A stretch of DNA of 64,000 nucleotides from Candidatus Omnitrophota bacterium (GTDB lineage Bacteria; Omnitrophota; Gorgyraeia; Zapsychrales; JAHFFX01). Both the position numbers and the translations under genes were made by a program. The number at the start of each line of letters is the position of its first letter. The stretch's first letter is position 1. Positions 39,710 to 49,753 of the stretch are shown here, one piece after another. Under the pieces are notes generated by a model, which saw nothing but the letters and a program-made list of their open reading frames with translations, was not told the DNA's origin and searched no databases. The DNA is taken from the NCBI GenBank assembly GCA_023247705.1, contig JAHFFY010000006.1, positions 6,623 to 70,622 on the forward strand, in the 5' to 3' direction.

Positions 39710-40762
39710 ATGATGGTTAATGTCGGGCTTATTGGATGCGGATATTGGGGACCGAATCTTTTAAGAAATTTTTTAGAACTTTCCAATTGTCAGATTAAAG
39801 CGATCGCTGAATTGGATGATTCCCGTATCGACTATCTTAATCAAAAGTTTCCTTCCCTTCCAACAACCAAAGACTATCGTGATCTCATGAATGGTTCGAT
39901 TGACGCCGTTGTCATTGCGACCCAACCTCGAACACATTATTCACTCGCCAAGGAAGCTTTACAAAATAAAAAACATGTGTTGGTCGAAAAACCGTTAGCG
40001 ATGAGTGTGGCCCAGGCCCGCGAGCTGATCGAATTGGCCAACAAACACCAGCGCAAACTCATGGTCGGACATACGTTCGAATACAGCGAGCCGGTCAGGC
40101 TTTTGAAAAAATATATGCACTCCGAGGAAATCGGACGGCTGTATTATCTTTATTCCCAGCGCGTCAATTTCGGTATTGTCCGTCAGGATGTGAATGCCCT
40201 TTGGAACTTAGCACCGCATGATATTTCGATCATCCTGTATCTATTGGAAAAAATGCCGGTTATGGTTTCCGCCAAGGGAGTCGATTTCTTGCAGAAAGGG
40301 ATCGAAGATATCGTTTTTATGGTTTTGCATTTTCCCGACGATGTGATCGCGCATGTGCATGTCAGCTGGCTGGACCCCAATAAAGTCCGCCGGATGACGC
40401 TGGTGGGCAGCGAGAAGATGATTGTTTACGATGATGTCAGCGATGCTAAAATCAAAATCTATGACAAAGGGATCAAAAAACAGAACATCACCGAATCGCT
40501 GGGGCGTTATGATGATTTTGGACAATATCAGTCGATCAAATTCGCCGGCGATGTGATTTTACCCAAGATCGATTTGGTGGAACCCTTGAAGAACGAATGC
40601 GCGCATTTCATCGAGTGTATTCAGCAGGACAAAGATCTTTTGACCGGTGGTGATAACGGATTGCGGGTTGTTCATGTTTTGGAAGCGGCCTCCCGGTCGA
40701 TGCGTCAGGACGGGAAAAATGTGGCTATTGAACCGCTCGAAACTTTTGTGACGGCAGAATAG
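39710..40762 (+). CDS. Gfo/Idh/MocA-family NAD(P)-dependent oxidoreductase (sugar dehydrogenase)
   Basis: VGLIGCGYWGPN Rossmann N-terminus and family-typical C-domain. Confidence 0.8.
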   Translation: MMVNVGLIGCGYWGPNLLRNFLELSNCQIKAIAELDDSRIDYLNQKFPSLPTTKDYRDLMNGSIDAVVIATQPRTHYSLAKEALQNKKHVLVEKPLAMSVAQARELIELANKHQRKLMVGHTFEYSEPVRLLKKYMHSEEIGRLYYLYSQRVNFGIVRQDVNALWNLAPHDISIILYLLEKMPVMVSAKGVDFLQKGIEDIVFMVLHFPDDVIAHVHVSWLDPNKVRRMTLVGSEKMIVYDDVSDAKIKIYDKGIKKQNITESLGRYDDFGQYQSIKFAGDVILPKIDLVEPLKNECAHFIECIQQDKDLLTGGDNGLRVVHVLEAASRSMRQDGKNVAIEPLETFVTAE

Positions 40763-40797
40763 GTTTTTCATCCTTTTTTTATGAGCGAAAGTCTACG

Positions 40798-41949
40798 ATG
40801 AAAACAAATAAAATTCCCTTAGTCGACTTAAAAAGACAATATCAATCGATCGAACAGGAAATGATGGCGGCAATCAAAAATGTCCTGGACGAAACTTCGT
40901 TTATTCTCGGGGAGCCGGTTGCGTGTTTTGAAAAATCATTTGCCGGTCTCTGCGGTGTCGCCTCCGGTATCGGAACAAGCTCCGGGACGACCGCGCTGCA
41001 TTTGGCTTTAGTTGCCCTCGGGATCGTCCCGGGCGATGAAGTGATAACGGTCGCCAATACGTTCATCGCAACGAGTGAAGCTATTTCCCAGACAGGTGCG
41101 AAGGTCGTTTTTGTCGATATCGATGAGAAGACTTATAATCTGGATATTTCTAAATTGGAAGAGAAAATCACCGCGCGAACGAAAGCGATCATTCCCGTTC
41201 ATCTTTTCGGTCAAAGCGCGGACATGGAGGCGATCATGCAAATCGCCCGAACAAAAAATTTAAAAGTGATCGAAGACGCCTCCCAGGCGCATCTGGCCGA
41301 GTTTAAAGGAAAACGCGTGGGGAGTTTTGGCGACGCCGCGTGTTTTAGTTTTTATCCGGGGAAAAATCTCGGCGCTTACGGCGATGCCGGGATCGTTGTC
41401 ACCAATCATCAGACATTAGCGCAGAAAATGCGGATTTTATCCAACCACGGGAGAATCAATAAATACGAGCATCTGGTGGAAGGTTACAATTATCGACTGG
41501 ATACGCTGCAAGCCGCCGTTTTGAATGTCAAACTGAAATATTTGGACCAGTGGACGCAGAAGAGGCGCCAGATCGCTCATCTCTATGATATCTTGCTGAA
41601 AGACGCCGCGGTCAAGACCCCTTTCGTTGATGAACGCGCCAGACATGTTTATCATTTGTATGTGATCCGCCTTGCCGATCGTTTGCGTCTTGAAAAAATT
41701 TTGACAGAACACGGCATCGCAACGGGCGTGCATTATCCCGTTCCGCTTCATTTACAGAAGGCCTACCAATATCTCGGTTACAAAAAAGGTGATCTTCCGG
41801 TCACCGAACGATGCGCCGACGAAATTTTATCGCTCCCGATCTTTCCCGAACTGACCAATGAAGAAATTAATACGATCGGCCATGTGATCCGCCGGGAATT
41901 AAAACATAAGCGAGACGAATCCCTGGAGAGGGTCGCCCAGAATGTATAG
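40798..41949 (+). CDS. DegT/DnrJ/EryC1/StrS-family PLP-dependent sugar aminotransferase
   Basis: Family-typical motifs including SFYPGKNLGAYGDAG (PLP-Lys). Confidence 0.85.
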   Translation: MKTNKIPLVDLKRQYQSIEQEMMAAIKNVLDETSFILGEPVACFEKSFAGLCGVASGIGTSSGTTALHLALVALGIVPGDEVITVANTFIATSEAISQTGAKVVFVDIDEKTYNLDISKLEEKITARTKAIIPVHLFGQSADMEAIMQIARTKNLKVIEDASQAHLAEFKGKRVGSFGDAACFSFYPGKNLGAYGDAGIVVTNHQTLAQKMRILSNHGRINKYEHLVEGYNYRLDTLQAAVLNVKLKYLDQWTQKRRQIAHLYDILLKDAAVKTPFVDERARHVYHLYVIRLADRLRLEKILTEHGIATGVHYPVPLHLQKAYQYLGYKKGDLPVTERCADEILSLPIFPELTNEEINTIGHVIRRELKHKRDESLERVAQNV

Positions 41950-42886
41950 AACAAAGAAAGTCAGTCTGGTTATTCCTGCCTATAATGAGTCCAAATTAAT
42001 TAAACCGACCTTACAGCATGTGCCGGAGTGTATCGATAAAATTTATGTCGTTGACGACGCCTCAACCGATCAGATGGAAAAGGTTGTCCGTGATTTGGCC
42101 CAGAGCGATCGACGGATAACTCTGATCCGGCATGAAACAAACATGGGGCCCGGCCAGGCGATCATCACCGGTTATCTCAAATCATCGCATGAGGGATATG
42201 ATATCGCCGTGGTGGTGGGCGGTGATTACCAAATGCCGCTCGATGAAGTCGACCGATTTCTGGATCCTTTGGTCGACGGCAAAGCGGATTACACCAAAGG
42301 CAACCGGTTTTTATTGTGGGATATCACGCGTGAGAAAATGCCCAGGATCCGCATCCTGGGAAATGTGATCATCACCGCTTTGACCAAGATCGCTTCGGGT
42401 TATTATAAGATTATGGATGTCGTCGACGGATATACCGCCATCACTAAGGAAGCAATCGATCGGATCGATTGGAACAGGGCCTGGAAAAAATATGGGTATC
42501 CGATGGATTTTTTGATCCGGCTCAACGCTTATGGTTTTCGCGTTAAAGATGTTGCGCGCACGGCCATTTATCTCAAAGGAGAACGCCAGTCGCAGATCAA
42601 GGGATTGCGTTACGCGCTGAAAGTGTCGCCGATGTTGATCCGCGGATTTTTCTGGCGGATGCTTTTCCGGTATGTTTATCTGGATTTTCATCCGCTGGTC
42701 TTTTTCTTTTTTTGCGGGATGATCCTTTTGCCACTGGGGTTGCTGTTCGGGATCTTTTTGATTTTTCAGGCGGTGGCCGGCGTTGGAGTCTCCGGTCCGC
42801 GAGCGATTGTGTGCGCGTTGGCGATTATTACAGGTTTACAATTTTTATTGTTCGGGATGTGGTTTGATATGGAAGCAAGCAAGTGA
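41942..42886 (+). CDS. GT2 polyprenyl-phosphate sugar transferase (GtrB/ArnC-like) with a C-terminal TM pair
   Basis: VSLVIPAYNE and VDDASTDQ near the N-terminus. Two C-terminal TM helices. Confidence 0.7.
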   Translation: MYRTKKVSLVIPAYNESKLIKPTLQHVPECIDKIYVVDDASTDQMEKVVRDLAQSDRRITLIRHETNMGPGQAIITGYLKSSHEGYDIAVVVGGDYQMPLDEVDRFLDPLVDGKADYTKGNRFLLWDITREKMPRIRILGNVIITALTKIASGYYKIMDVVDGYTAITKEAIDRIDWNRAWKKYGYPMDFLIRLNAYGFRVKDVARTAIYLKGERQSQIKGLRYALKVSPMLIRGFFWRMLFRYVYLDFHPLVFFFFCGMILLPLGLLFGIFLIFQAVAGVGVSGPRAIVCALAIITGLQFLLFGMWFDMEASK

Positions 42887-44694
42887 TGATCCGGAGATCG
42901 AGGGAATCCGCGACGTCCTTGATCACCTGGGTGACCAGATCACCATTATTTATGAAGACAGTAGAATATTGGGAACAGCTTAGCGGGTCGAAAAAGTTAG
43001 AACCGATCTCACCGCCAGTGAGGTCGGCGCCAAAGATTTTGGGCGCCTTGAAACACCTTTGCGCGCTTGCGGTCGTTTCGTTTTTTCTTATCTATAATTT
43101 TTTTGCGGTTGGTAAATATTCCGCTTATCCCTGGTGGCACCAGCACGGCAACGACGTCGACGGTACTTACGCGGGAACAACCGTGGCCCTCTTAAACAAT
43201 GGACCGTTGCTTTATATCCATCATCCGGGAGGGATGGTCTATTCGATCCATGGGACCGTTTACCGGTTTCTGGCTTTTTTTAATGACGCTTATTACCGGT
43301 TAATGCATCTGCGTGAGGTCAGGAATTATAATCAGGCCGTTGAAATTTTGGATCTCGCCGTCCACGCCAGCCGTATTATTACCCTTTTTATTGGGATTGG
43401 ATTTTTGATTGTGTTTTACGCGGTCATTTACCGGCTGACGCGGCGTTTGTCGGTGGCGTTTTTGTTAACGTTTTTTCTGGGAACATCCAAGGCCTTTGTG
43501 CAACATACGTACATGATCAGGCCGGAGGTGCCGAATTTATTATTTTTCCTGGCGGGGCTTTGTTGGACTTTGGTTCAACGGCAACGGAAGAAATTGTCGT
43601 TTCGGGATCTTGGGTGGTCAAGCGTACCCATCGGAATTTTTTTAGTATTTTCTATCTTATCGAAGATCCAGATCGGCCCCGGGGTCGCGATTTATTTTGT
43701 GCTGATGATGTGCTTTCTCTTGTGGGGGCAACAGGATTTTTTGGGGAAACTCAGACAGGAATATTTTTATTATGGTTTTGTTTTGTCTTTGATCAATTTT
43801 TTGGCGATGCCGTGGTGGGCGCTGAAGCGACCGGGATTTTTAACGCCGGAATATGTGCACGCGTTGCATCCGGCCTCGGATGACCGCAAGGTTTATGGGG
43901 CAGCACCGGAAAATTTTTTTGCCCCGATTTTGATTCTCTGTGGTTTGATGTGTATCGTCTCAGGGGTTTTATGGATGAAAAAAGAAAAGGTCATTGAAAA
44001 CGTTTTGTTGAAAAAGATCTCTTCGATGGTTTTATTTTTTAATATGGTGATCTCCGGGGGCATCCTCGCGGTGTATTTAATTTTTTTGCCTGTATCCGCA
44101 ACCTTGACGCAGTATATGGAAAACACCCGGCATCTGGTTTACGCGACACTGACCAATGTAACGTACGGGGGATTTTTGGTCAACCGGGTGATCAATTTGG
44201 GAACGCTGAAGAAAATCTGGACGATGCACGCGGGGCAAAGTCAGTTGGCCGGAATAAATTTTTTATATGTCGCGATCGGCGTTTTTATCGCGGCGACGGC
44301 ACGCTTATTCTTAAAATCGACGACGAACAAAGGCCAATACGGGATCATCCTGGTTATTTTGGGCTTGGGACTGATGATGGATGTTTTGGCCTCGATGCGC
44401 TGGCAGGTTTTGTATGTTTACTACGCGTTCTATTCTTTGACTTTTCTGACCTTAAGCGTAGGATGGTGGATGGCGTTAGAATGGCAAAATAAGCGGGATT
44501 GGATTTCTTTTGTTAAGTTTGGAGTTCTGGTTTTGTTCGCAGCAAATGTTTTCGTCGGTGGATGGGCTTTGCTGGCCCAGCCCAAAGCCAGCGGGGTCAG
44601 TCATCAAAATCCGTTGGAAGAATATCAAACGACGCGCAGTCTGGGGGCTTCGTTCTGGAAGGTCGTGGATGAAAGTATAAAAGGTATTAATTAA
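42883..44694 (+). CDS. GT-C-fold polytopic membrane glycosyltransferase (ArnT/GtrC-like), tentative
   Basis: At least 12 TM helices. The first external loop contains HQHGNDVDGTYAG (DxD-like). Gene order is aminotransferase, GT2, then this membrane protein. Confidence 0.5.
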   Translation: MMIRRSRESATSLITWVTRSPLFMKTVEYWEQLSGSKKLEPISPPVRSAPKILGALKHLCALAVVSFFLIYNFFAVGKYSAYPWWHQHGNDVDGTYAGTTVALLNNGPLLYIHHPGGMVYSIHGTVYRFLAFFNDAYYRLMHLREVRNYNQAVEILDLAVHASRIITLFIGIGFLIVFYAVIYRLTRRLSVAFLLTFFLGTSKAFVQHTYMIRPEVPNLLFFLAGLCWTLVQRQRKKLSFRDLGWSSVPIGIFLVFSILSKIQIGPGVAIYFVLMMCFLLWGQQDFLGKLRQEYFYYGFVLSLINFLAMPWWALKRPGFLTPEYVHALHPASDDRKVYGAAPENFFAPILILCGLMCIVSGVLWMKKEKVIENVLLKKISSMVLFFNMVISGGILAVYLIFLPVSATLTQYMENTRHLVYATLTNVTYGGFLVNRVINLGTLKKIWTMHAGQSQLAGINFLYVAIGVFIAATARLFLKSTTNKGQYGIILVILGLGLMMDVLASMRWQVLYVYYAFYSLTFLTLSVGWWMALEWQNKRDWISFVKFGVLVLFAANVFVGGWALLAQPKASGVSHQNPLEEYQTTRSLGASFWKVVDESIKGIN

Positions 44695-44793
44695 AAATTT
44701 CAAATCACAAATAAATTCCAAAATACAAACATCCTATTTAAAAATCGGTCTTTGGGATTTAGACATTGTGAATTGTTTGTGTTTTAAAAAATT

Positions 44794-45936
44794 ATGAATA
44801 ATTCTGATATGAAAATTTGTTCGCGGTGCGTCTTGGATACCACAGTCCCGCGGATTCATTTTGATCCTGCGGGGATCTGTCAATTTTGCCGGATTCATGA
44901 TGAACTGGAGAAGGAATTTCCTTTAAATCAAACCAGCGAAGAAAAATTTAAACAATTGATCGATAGGGTCAAGCAAGAAGGCCGCGGCCGGCCGTATGAT
45001 ATTATCGTCGGAGTAAGCGGCGGACGGGATAGCACGTATGCGTTGTATGTAGCGGTTCAATTGGGGTTGCGCCCGCTTGCGGTGCATTTCGACAACGGCT
45101 GGAATTCTGAAATCGCGGTGAGCAATATCAAGAACGCCACAACCAAACTGGATGTGGACTTGCATACCTTTGTCATCGATTGGGAGGAGTTTAAAGATTT
45201 GCAGATTGCGTTCTTGAAGGCCTCGGTTCCGGACGCGGAAATCCCGACGGATGTTGCGATCCACGGCTTATTGCATAAAGTGGCGGCGCAGGAGGGAATT
45301 AAATATCTGGTCTTCGCCCATTCGTTTCGCACCGAAGGTGTCGCTCCTTTGGAGTGGACGTATATGGACGGCCGGTATATCCAAAGCATTCAGCGGCGGT
45401 TCGGGACGAAAAAACTCATCCATTATCCTAATGTGACTCTTCGGGATTTGTTTTATTATAAAGTCGTAAAGCAGATCAAGGTGATTCCGCTTTTGGTCTA
45501 TGTGCCGTATGATCAAAAGCAGGTCGAGGATATCTTGGAAAAAAAACTCGGCTGGAAATATTACGGCGGACATCATCATGAATCCTATTACACGCATTTT
45601 TTTCAATCCTATTATCTTCCGCATAAATTCAATATCGATAAAAGAAAAATCGAGTATTCCGCGCTGATCCGTTCAGGTCAAATGAAAAGGCAGGCCGCTT
45701 TGGATGAGATTGTTCAGGAATGCTATCCTTATGAACCGCAGCTGGTCGATTATACGTTAAGCAAGCTGGGTTTAAGTCGTCAAGAATTTGAAGGGATTTT
45801 AAAAGCAGATCGAAAATCATTTCATGATTACCCTACCTATTATCCAATGATCCATAGGATGAATGTTCTGATTAAATTGGCCACGAAATTTAATCTGGTG
45901 CCGAAACATCTGTATTTAAAATTTCTTGCCGCGTAA
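44794..45936 (+). CDS. N-acetyl sugar amidotransferase (WbuX/PseA-like PP-loop ATP pyrophosphatase)
   Basis: N-terminal Cys ribbon (CSRCVLDTTVP..GICQFC) followed by PP-loop VGVSGGRDSTYAL. Confidence 0.7.
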   Translation: MNNSDMKICSRCVLDTTVPRIHFDPAGICQFCRIHDELEKEFPLNQTSEEKFKQLIDRVKQEGRGRPYDIIVGVSGGRDSTYALYVAVQLGLRPLAVHFDNGWNSEIAVSNIKNATTKLDVDLHTFVIDWEEFKDLQIAFLKASVPDAEIPTDVAIHGLLHKVAAQEGIKYLVFAHSFRTEGVAPLEWTYMDGRYIQSIQRRFGTKKLIHYPNVTLRDLFYYKVVKQIKVIPLLVYVPYDQKQVEDILEKKLGWKYYGGHHHESYYTHFFQSYYLPHKFNIDKRKIEYSALIRSGQMKRQAALDEIVQECYPYEPQLVDYTLSKLGLSRQEFEGILKADRKSFHDYPTYYPMIHRMNVLIKLATKFNLVPKHLYLKFLAA

Positions 45937-45950
45937 AAGAGAGTCTTACG

Positions 45951-46742
45951 ATGTTAAAACCGAGAATGATCCCCTGTTTATTATTAAAAGGCAACGGACT
46001 GGTCAAGACGGTGCAGTTTAAAGACCCGACCTATGTCGGTGATCCCATCAACACGTTTCGTATCTTTAATACCAAGGAAGTCGATGAGATTATTTTACTT
46101 AACATCGCTGCGACGCGCAGACAGGAATCATTTCCGTTAAACCTCTTAAGCCGGATTTTCGAAGAATGTTTTATGCCGTTGACGTATGGCGGCGGGATTA
46201 AAAATTTGGACGATATGAAGAGAATTTTTAATACCGGGGTGGAAAAGGTGGCGGTGAACAGCGCGGTCGCCGGAAATTTTTCATTGATTCAAGAGGCGGC
46301 GCAGGCTTTCGGCAGCCAGAGCATCATCGTGTCCATGGATGTTCGTCAGGAAAAAGATCGTTCCTACGGGATTTACAGCGAGGGAGGAACAAAATTAATA
46401 TCGAATGATCCGGTCGGGTTCGCCCGGGCCATGGAAGCCCAGGGTGCCGGGGAGATCCTTTTGAATTCGATCGACCGGGACGGGACGATGCAAGGTTATG
46501 ATGTCGATTTGATCCAATCGATATCGGACAGTGTTAATATCCCGGTCATCGCCTGTGGTGGGGCGGGGAGTCTCGATGATTTCGGCAAGGCGGTTTATCA
46601 AGGGCATGCCTCCGCAGTGGCCGCAGGGAGCTTGTTTGTTTTTCACGGGCGGCGGCGGGCGGTTTTAATCAGTTTTCCAACGAGGCAGGAACGGGAAACG
46701 TTGTTTAAAGAAGAGATCGATTATCATGCGCATCGTTGTTGA
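45951..46742 (+). CDS. HisF-like imidazole glycerol phosphate synthase cyclase-subunit homolog (WbuZ-like)
   Basis: The HisF fold signature runs throughout (IPCLLLKG.., TYGGGIK, IPVIACGGAGS). Confidence 0.75.
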   Translation: MLKPRMIPCLLLKGNGLVKTVQFKDPTYVGDPINTFRIFNTKEVDEIILLNIAATRRQESFPLNLLSRIFEECFMPLTYGGGIKNLDDMKRIFNTGVEKVAVNSAVAGNFSLIQEAAQAFGSQSIIVSMDVRQEKDRSYGIYSEGGTKLISNDPVGFARAMEAQGAGEILLNSIDRDGTMQGYDVDLIQSISDSVNIPVIACGGAGSLDDFGKAVYQGHASAVAAGSLFVFHGRRRAVLISFPTRQERETLFKEEIDYHAHRC

Positions 46743-47763
46743 CATCAATCATCCGGCCCACGTGCATTTTTTCAAGCATTTCATTTGGACGATGCAAAAA
46801 AAAGGGCATGAGCTGTTGATCACCGCAAGCGACAAAGATATCGCATGCCAATTGTTATCCAATCTGCAGTTCGCTTATTTGAATTTGGGACGGTACGGGA
46901 AGACATTTCTCAGGAAATTGATCAATATTCCGGTCATGGATTGGAAACTTTATCGTGCGGTCAAACATTTTAAGCCGGATATTTTTTTGGGTTTGGCGTC
47001 GGTGCGTGCGGCGCATGTCGCGGCTCTTTTGAAAAGAAAATGTATCAATTTCGATGATACGGAAAATGGCACGGCGGAGGTCGCGCTTTATTTGCCGTTT
47101 GTTCACCGTGTGTGCACGCCGTCCTGTTATCAAAAAAGATTGGGTCCGAAACAGATCCGTTACGCGGGGTATCACGAGTTGGCTTATTTGCATCCCGATT
47201 GTTTTGCGCCGGACCCTTCGATTTTGAATTTATTGGGCGTGAACAAAGAAGAGAAATTTGTCGTGATGCGTTTTATTTCCTGGCAGGCGGTGCATGATAT
47301 CGGACATCAGGGATTATCGCTGGATATGAAAAGAAAAGCTGTGAAAGAATTTTCACGTTATGCGAAGATTTTTATCACTTCAGAATCCCCGCTGCCGGCG
47401 GATTTGGAGGCGTATCGTATTAAAATCCCTCCGGAAAGAATCCATCACGCGTTGGCGTACGCGGCGTTGTGTTACGGCGAGAGCGCGACGATGACCTCCG
47501 AAAGCGCGGTCTTGGGAACACCAGCGATCTTTTTAGATAATGTCGGCCGCGGCTACACGGATGAAGAAGAAAAGCGCTACGGCGCTGTTTTTAATTTTAC
47601 CGAATCGATAGAAGACCAACAAAAATCCATCGACAAAGGGATTGCATTGTTGACAACAGACCGCCTTAAAGCCGTCTGGCAGGACAAAAGATCACGGTTG
47701 CTGAAAGAAAAGATCGATGTGACCTCCTGGATGATTGAGTTGGTTGAAAAAGAAATGGGTTAA
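46726..47763 (+). CDS. DUF354-family protein (putative GT-B-like transferase)
   Basis: The N-terminus MRIVVDINHPAHVHFFKHFIWTMQKKGHELLITA matches the characteristic DUF354 start. Confidence 0.5.
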   Translation: MRIVVDINHPAHVHFFKHFIWTMQKKGHELLITASDKDIACQLLSNLQFAYLNLGRYGKTFLRKLINIPVMDWKLYRAVKHFKPDIFLGLASVRAAHVAALLKRKCINFDDTENGTAEVALYLPFVHRVCTPSCYQKRLGPKQIRYAGYHELAYLHPDCFAPDPSILNLLGVNKEEKFVVMRFISWQAVHDIGHQGLSLDMKRKAVKEFSRYAKIFITSESPLPADLEAYRIKIPPERIHHALAYAALCYGESATMTSESAVLGTPAIFLDNVGRGYTDEEEKRYGAVFNFTESIEDQQKSIDKGIALLTTDRLKAVWQDKRSRLLKEKIDVTSWMIELVEKEMG

Positions 47764-47864
47764 GTTAAGGATGGGGATTGGGGCGACGATGGGCGGTTTG
47801 GCCGGCGATGGAAGTCCAACAGCCAAACCGCCCGGGAGTCCTCCACAATAACACGAAAGCGACT

Positions 47865-49688
47865 ATGTGCGGCATTTGCGGTTTCTATACCACTTTTAAA
47901 ACCAATGACGAAGATATCCATCTCGTTGAAGCGATGAATCACCGGCAACGGCATCGCGGTCCGGATGACGAAGGTCTGTTTGTCGATGAACAATGCGTTT
48001 TGGGGCACCGGCGTCTGGCGGTGATCGATCTTTCGAAAGACGGCCATCAGCCTTTTTTTTCCGAAGATAAACGTTACGTGTTGATCTATAACGGCGAAAT
48101 TTATAATTATATCGAGCTTCGTCGGGAATTGGAGTCTTTGAATTGTGTTTTTCACACAAAGACGGATACGGAGGTGCTGCTGAAATCCTATCAGCAGTGG
48201 GGAATTTCGTGTTTGCACCGTTTTAACGGCATGTTCGCTTTTGCAATTTATGACACGCAAAAGCGCACGTTATTGCTCGCCCGCGACCGGTTCGGGGTGA
48301 AACCGCTTTATTATATTCATCTGGGCTCGCATTTTTATTTTGCCTCCGAGATCAAATCCTTGAGGCTGGTTCCTTGTTTAAAGCCGTCTGTTCGTTATCA
48401 GAGTCTTTTTGATTATCTGGTCTTTAACCGGACGGATATTTATGATGAGACATTTCTGGAAGGGATCAAAAGAATACCGAAAGGGCACTATGGTTTTTTA
48501 AACAAAGATTTATTTCAATTGACCCAATGGTGGGACGCGGACCATTATTTAAACAAACAGGGTTCGGTTGATTTCAAAGAAGCCATCCAAAAACTCGAGG
48601 AATTGCTGATCTCGGCGACGCATTTGCGAATGAGAAGTGATGTGACGGTCGGCTCGTGCTTAAGTGGCGGATTAGATTCCTCGATCTTGACGGGAATCCT
48701 TTTTACGCACTGTAAAGCCCGGGACGATTATCCCGCGTTCACTTCCTCCCTCCCCGGCCACCAGCTTGACGAAACAAAGTATATTGATTTTTTAAATCAC
48801 CGCTATCCTTTTAAGAACTATCGCACCTATCCGACCGCTCAATCGGCTTATCAGAACTTTAATGATTTTATTTTTGCTGTCGAAGAACCGGTTGGCGACG
48901 CCACATTTTACGCCCAGTATGAGGTCATGCGTTTAGCCAAAGAAAACGGAGTGACTGTTTTACTAGACGGGCAAGGGGCGGATGAAAGTTTTGCCGGATA
49001 TCAATATTTTCACGGGTTTTATCTGAACGGTTTATTGCGAAAAAGAAGATATGGTCCTTTTTTAAAGGAGTTGACGAATAGTTTGCTGCGGTCGCAAAAA
49101 GAGTTTTATCTGGAAACTTTGGCGTTTCGGGTTCTGCCCGATGATTTTAGAAAAAAGATGCTTCTGAAAACATTGCCGTTTTTGGACCGCGATTTTTTTT
49201 ATCAGTATATCGATTCGAGCTTGATCTATAAAAAGTTTTTCGAGGCAGATGATCTGAACACGAGCCTGGTGCGCCATTTTCAATTTAAGCTGGAACACCT
49301 TTTGCGCATCGAGGACCGGACCTCCATGGCTTTTTCACTGGAAGCAAGACTTCCGTATCTCGATTATCGTTTGGTTGAATATGTTTTAGGACTGCCGGAA
49401 TTTTACAAGATCAAAAACGGCCAGACCAAATATCTGCAAAAAAAATCCGTAGGCTGCTACACTGTACCGGAGATTTTAAACAGGCGGGACAAGATCGGCT
49501 TCGGGATCCCAACGAGCGAGTGGATGAACACGCCGGCCTGGAAAGAGCTCAGCCAAGAAAATTATTCGGAATTACAAACAGTTTTTCCGAAAGTATTTCG
49601 TAAAGACCGGCCATTGCCCGAGGGCGGATCGCACCGCTGGAAGATGAATCAATTGGCGGCATGGAAGCAAATGATATTGGTTTCTTGA
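47865..49688 (+). CDS. asnB: Asparagine synthase (glutamine-hydrolysing)-family amidotransferase
   Basis: Ntn MCGICGF start. Synthetase-domain PP-loop SGGLDSS. Start moved to the internal ATG at 47865. Confidence 0.8.
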   Translation: MCGICGFYTTFKTNDEDIHLVEAMNHRQRHRGPDDEGLFVDEQCVLGHRRLAVIDLSKDGHQPFFSEDKRYVLIYNGEIYNYIELRRELESLNCVFHTKTDTEVLLKSYQQWGISCLHRFNGMFAFAIYDTQKRTLLLARDRFGVKPLYYIHLGSHFYFASEIKSLRLVPCLKPSVRYQSLFDYLVFNRTDIYDETFLEGIKRIPKGHYGFLNKDLFQLTQWWDADHYLNKQGSVDFKEAIQKLEELLISATHLRMRSDVTVGSCLSGGLDSSILTGILFTHCKARDDYPAFTSSLPGHQLDETKYIDFLNHRYPFKNYRTYPTAQSAYQNFNDFIFAVEEPVGDATFYAQYEVMRLAKENGVTVLLDGQGADESFAGYQYFHGFYLNGLLRKRRYGPFLKELTNSLLRSQKEFYLETLAFRVLPDDFRKKMLLKTLPFLDRDFFYQYIDSSLIYKKFFEADDLNTSLVRHFQFKLEHLLRIEDRTSMAFSLEARLPYLDYRLVEYVLGLPEFYKIKNGQTKYLQKKSVGCYTVPEILNRRDKIGFGIPTSEWMNTPAWKELSQENYSELQTVFPKVFRKDRPLPEGGSHRWKMNQLAAWKQMILVS

Positions 49689-49753
49689 TTACTGATGTCC
49701 CTCCCCCTTTACGGGGGAGGATAGGTGGGGGGAACAAGATCGGGGAGAAAAGA

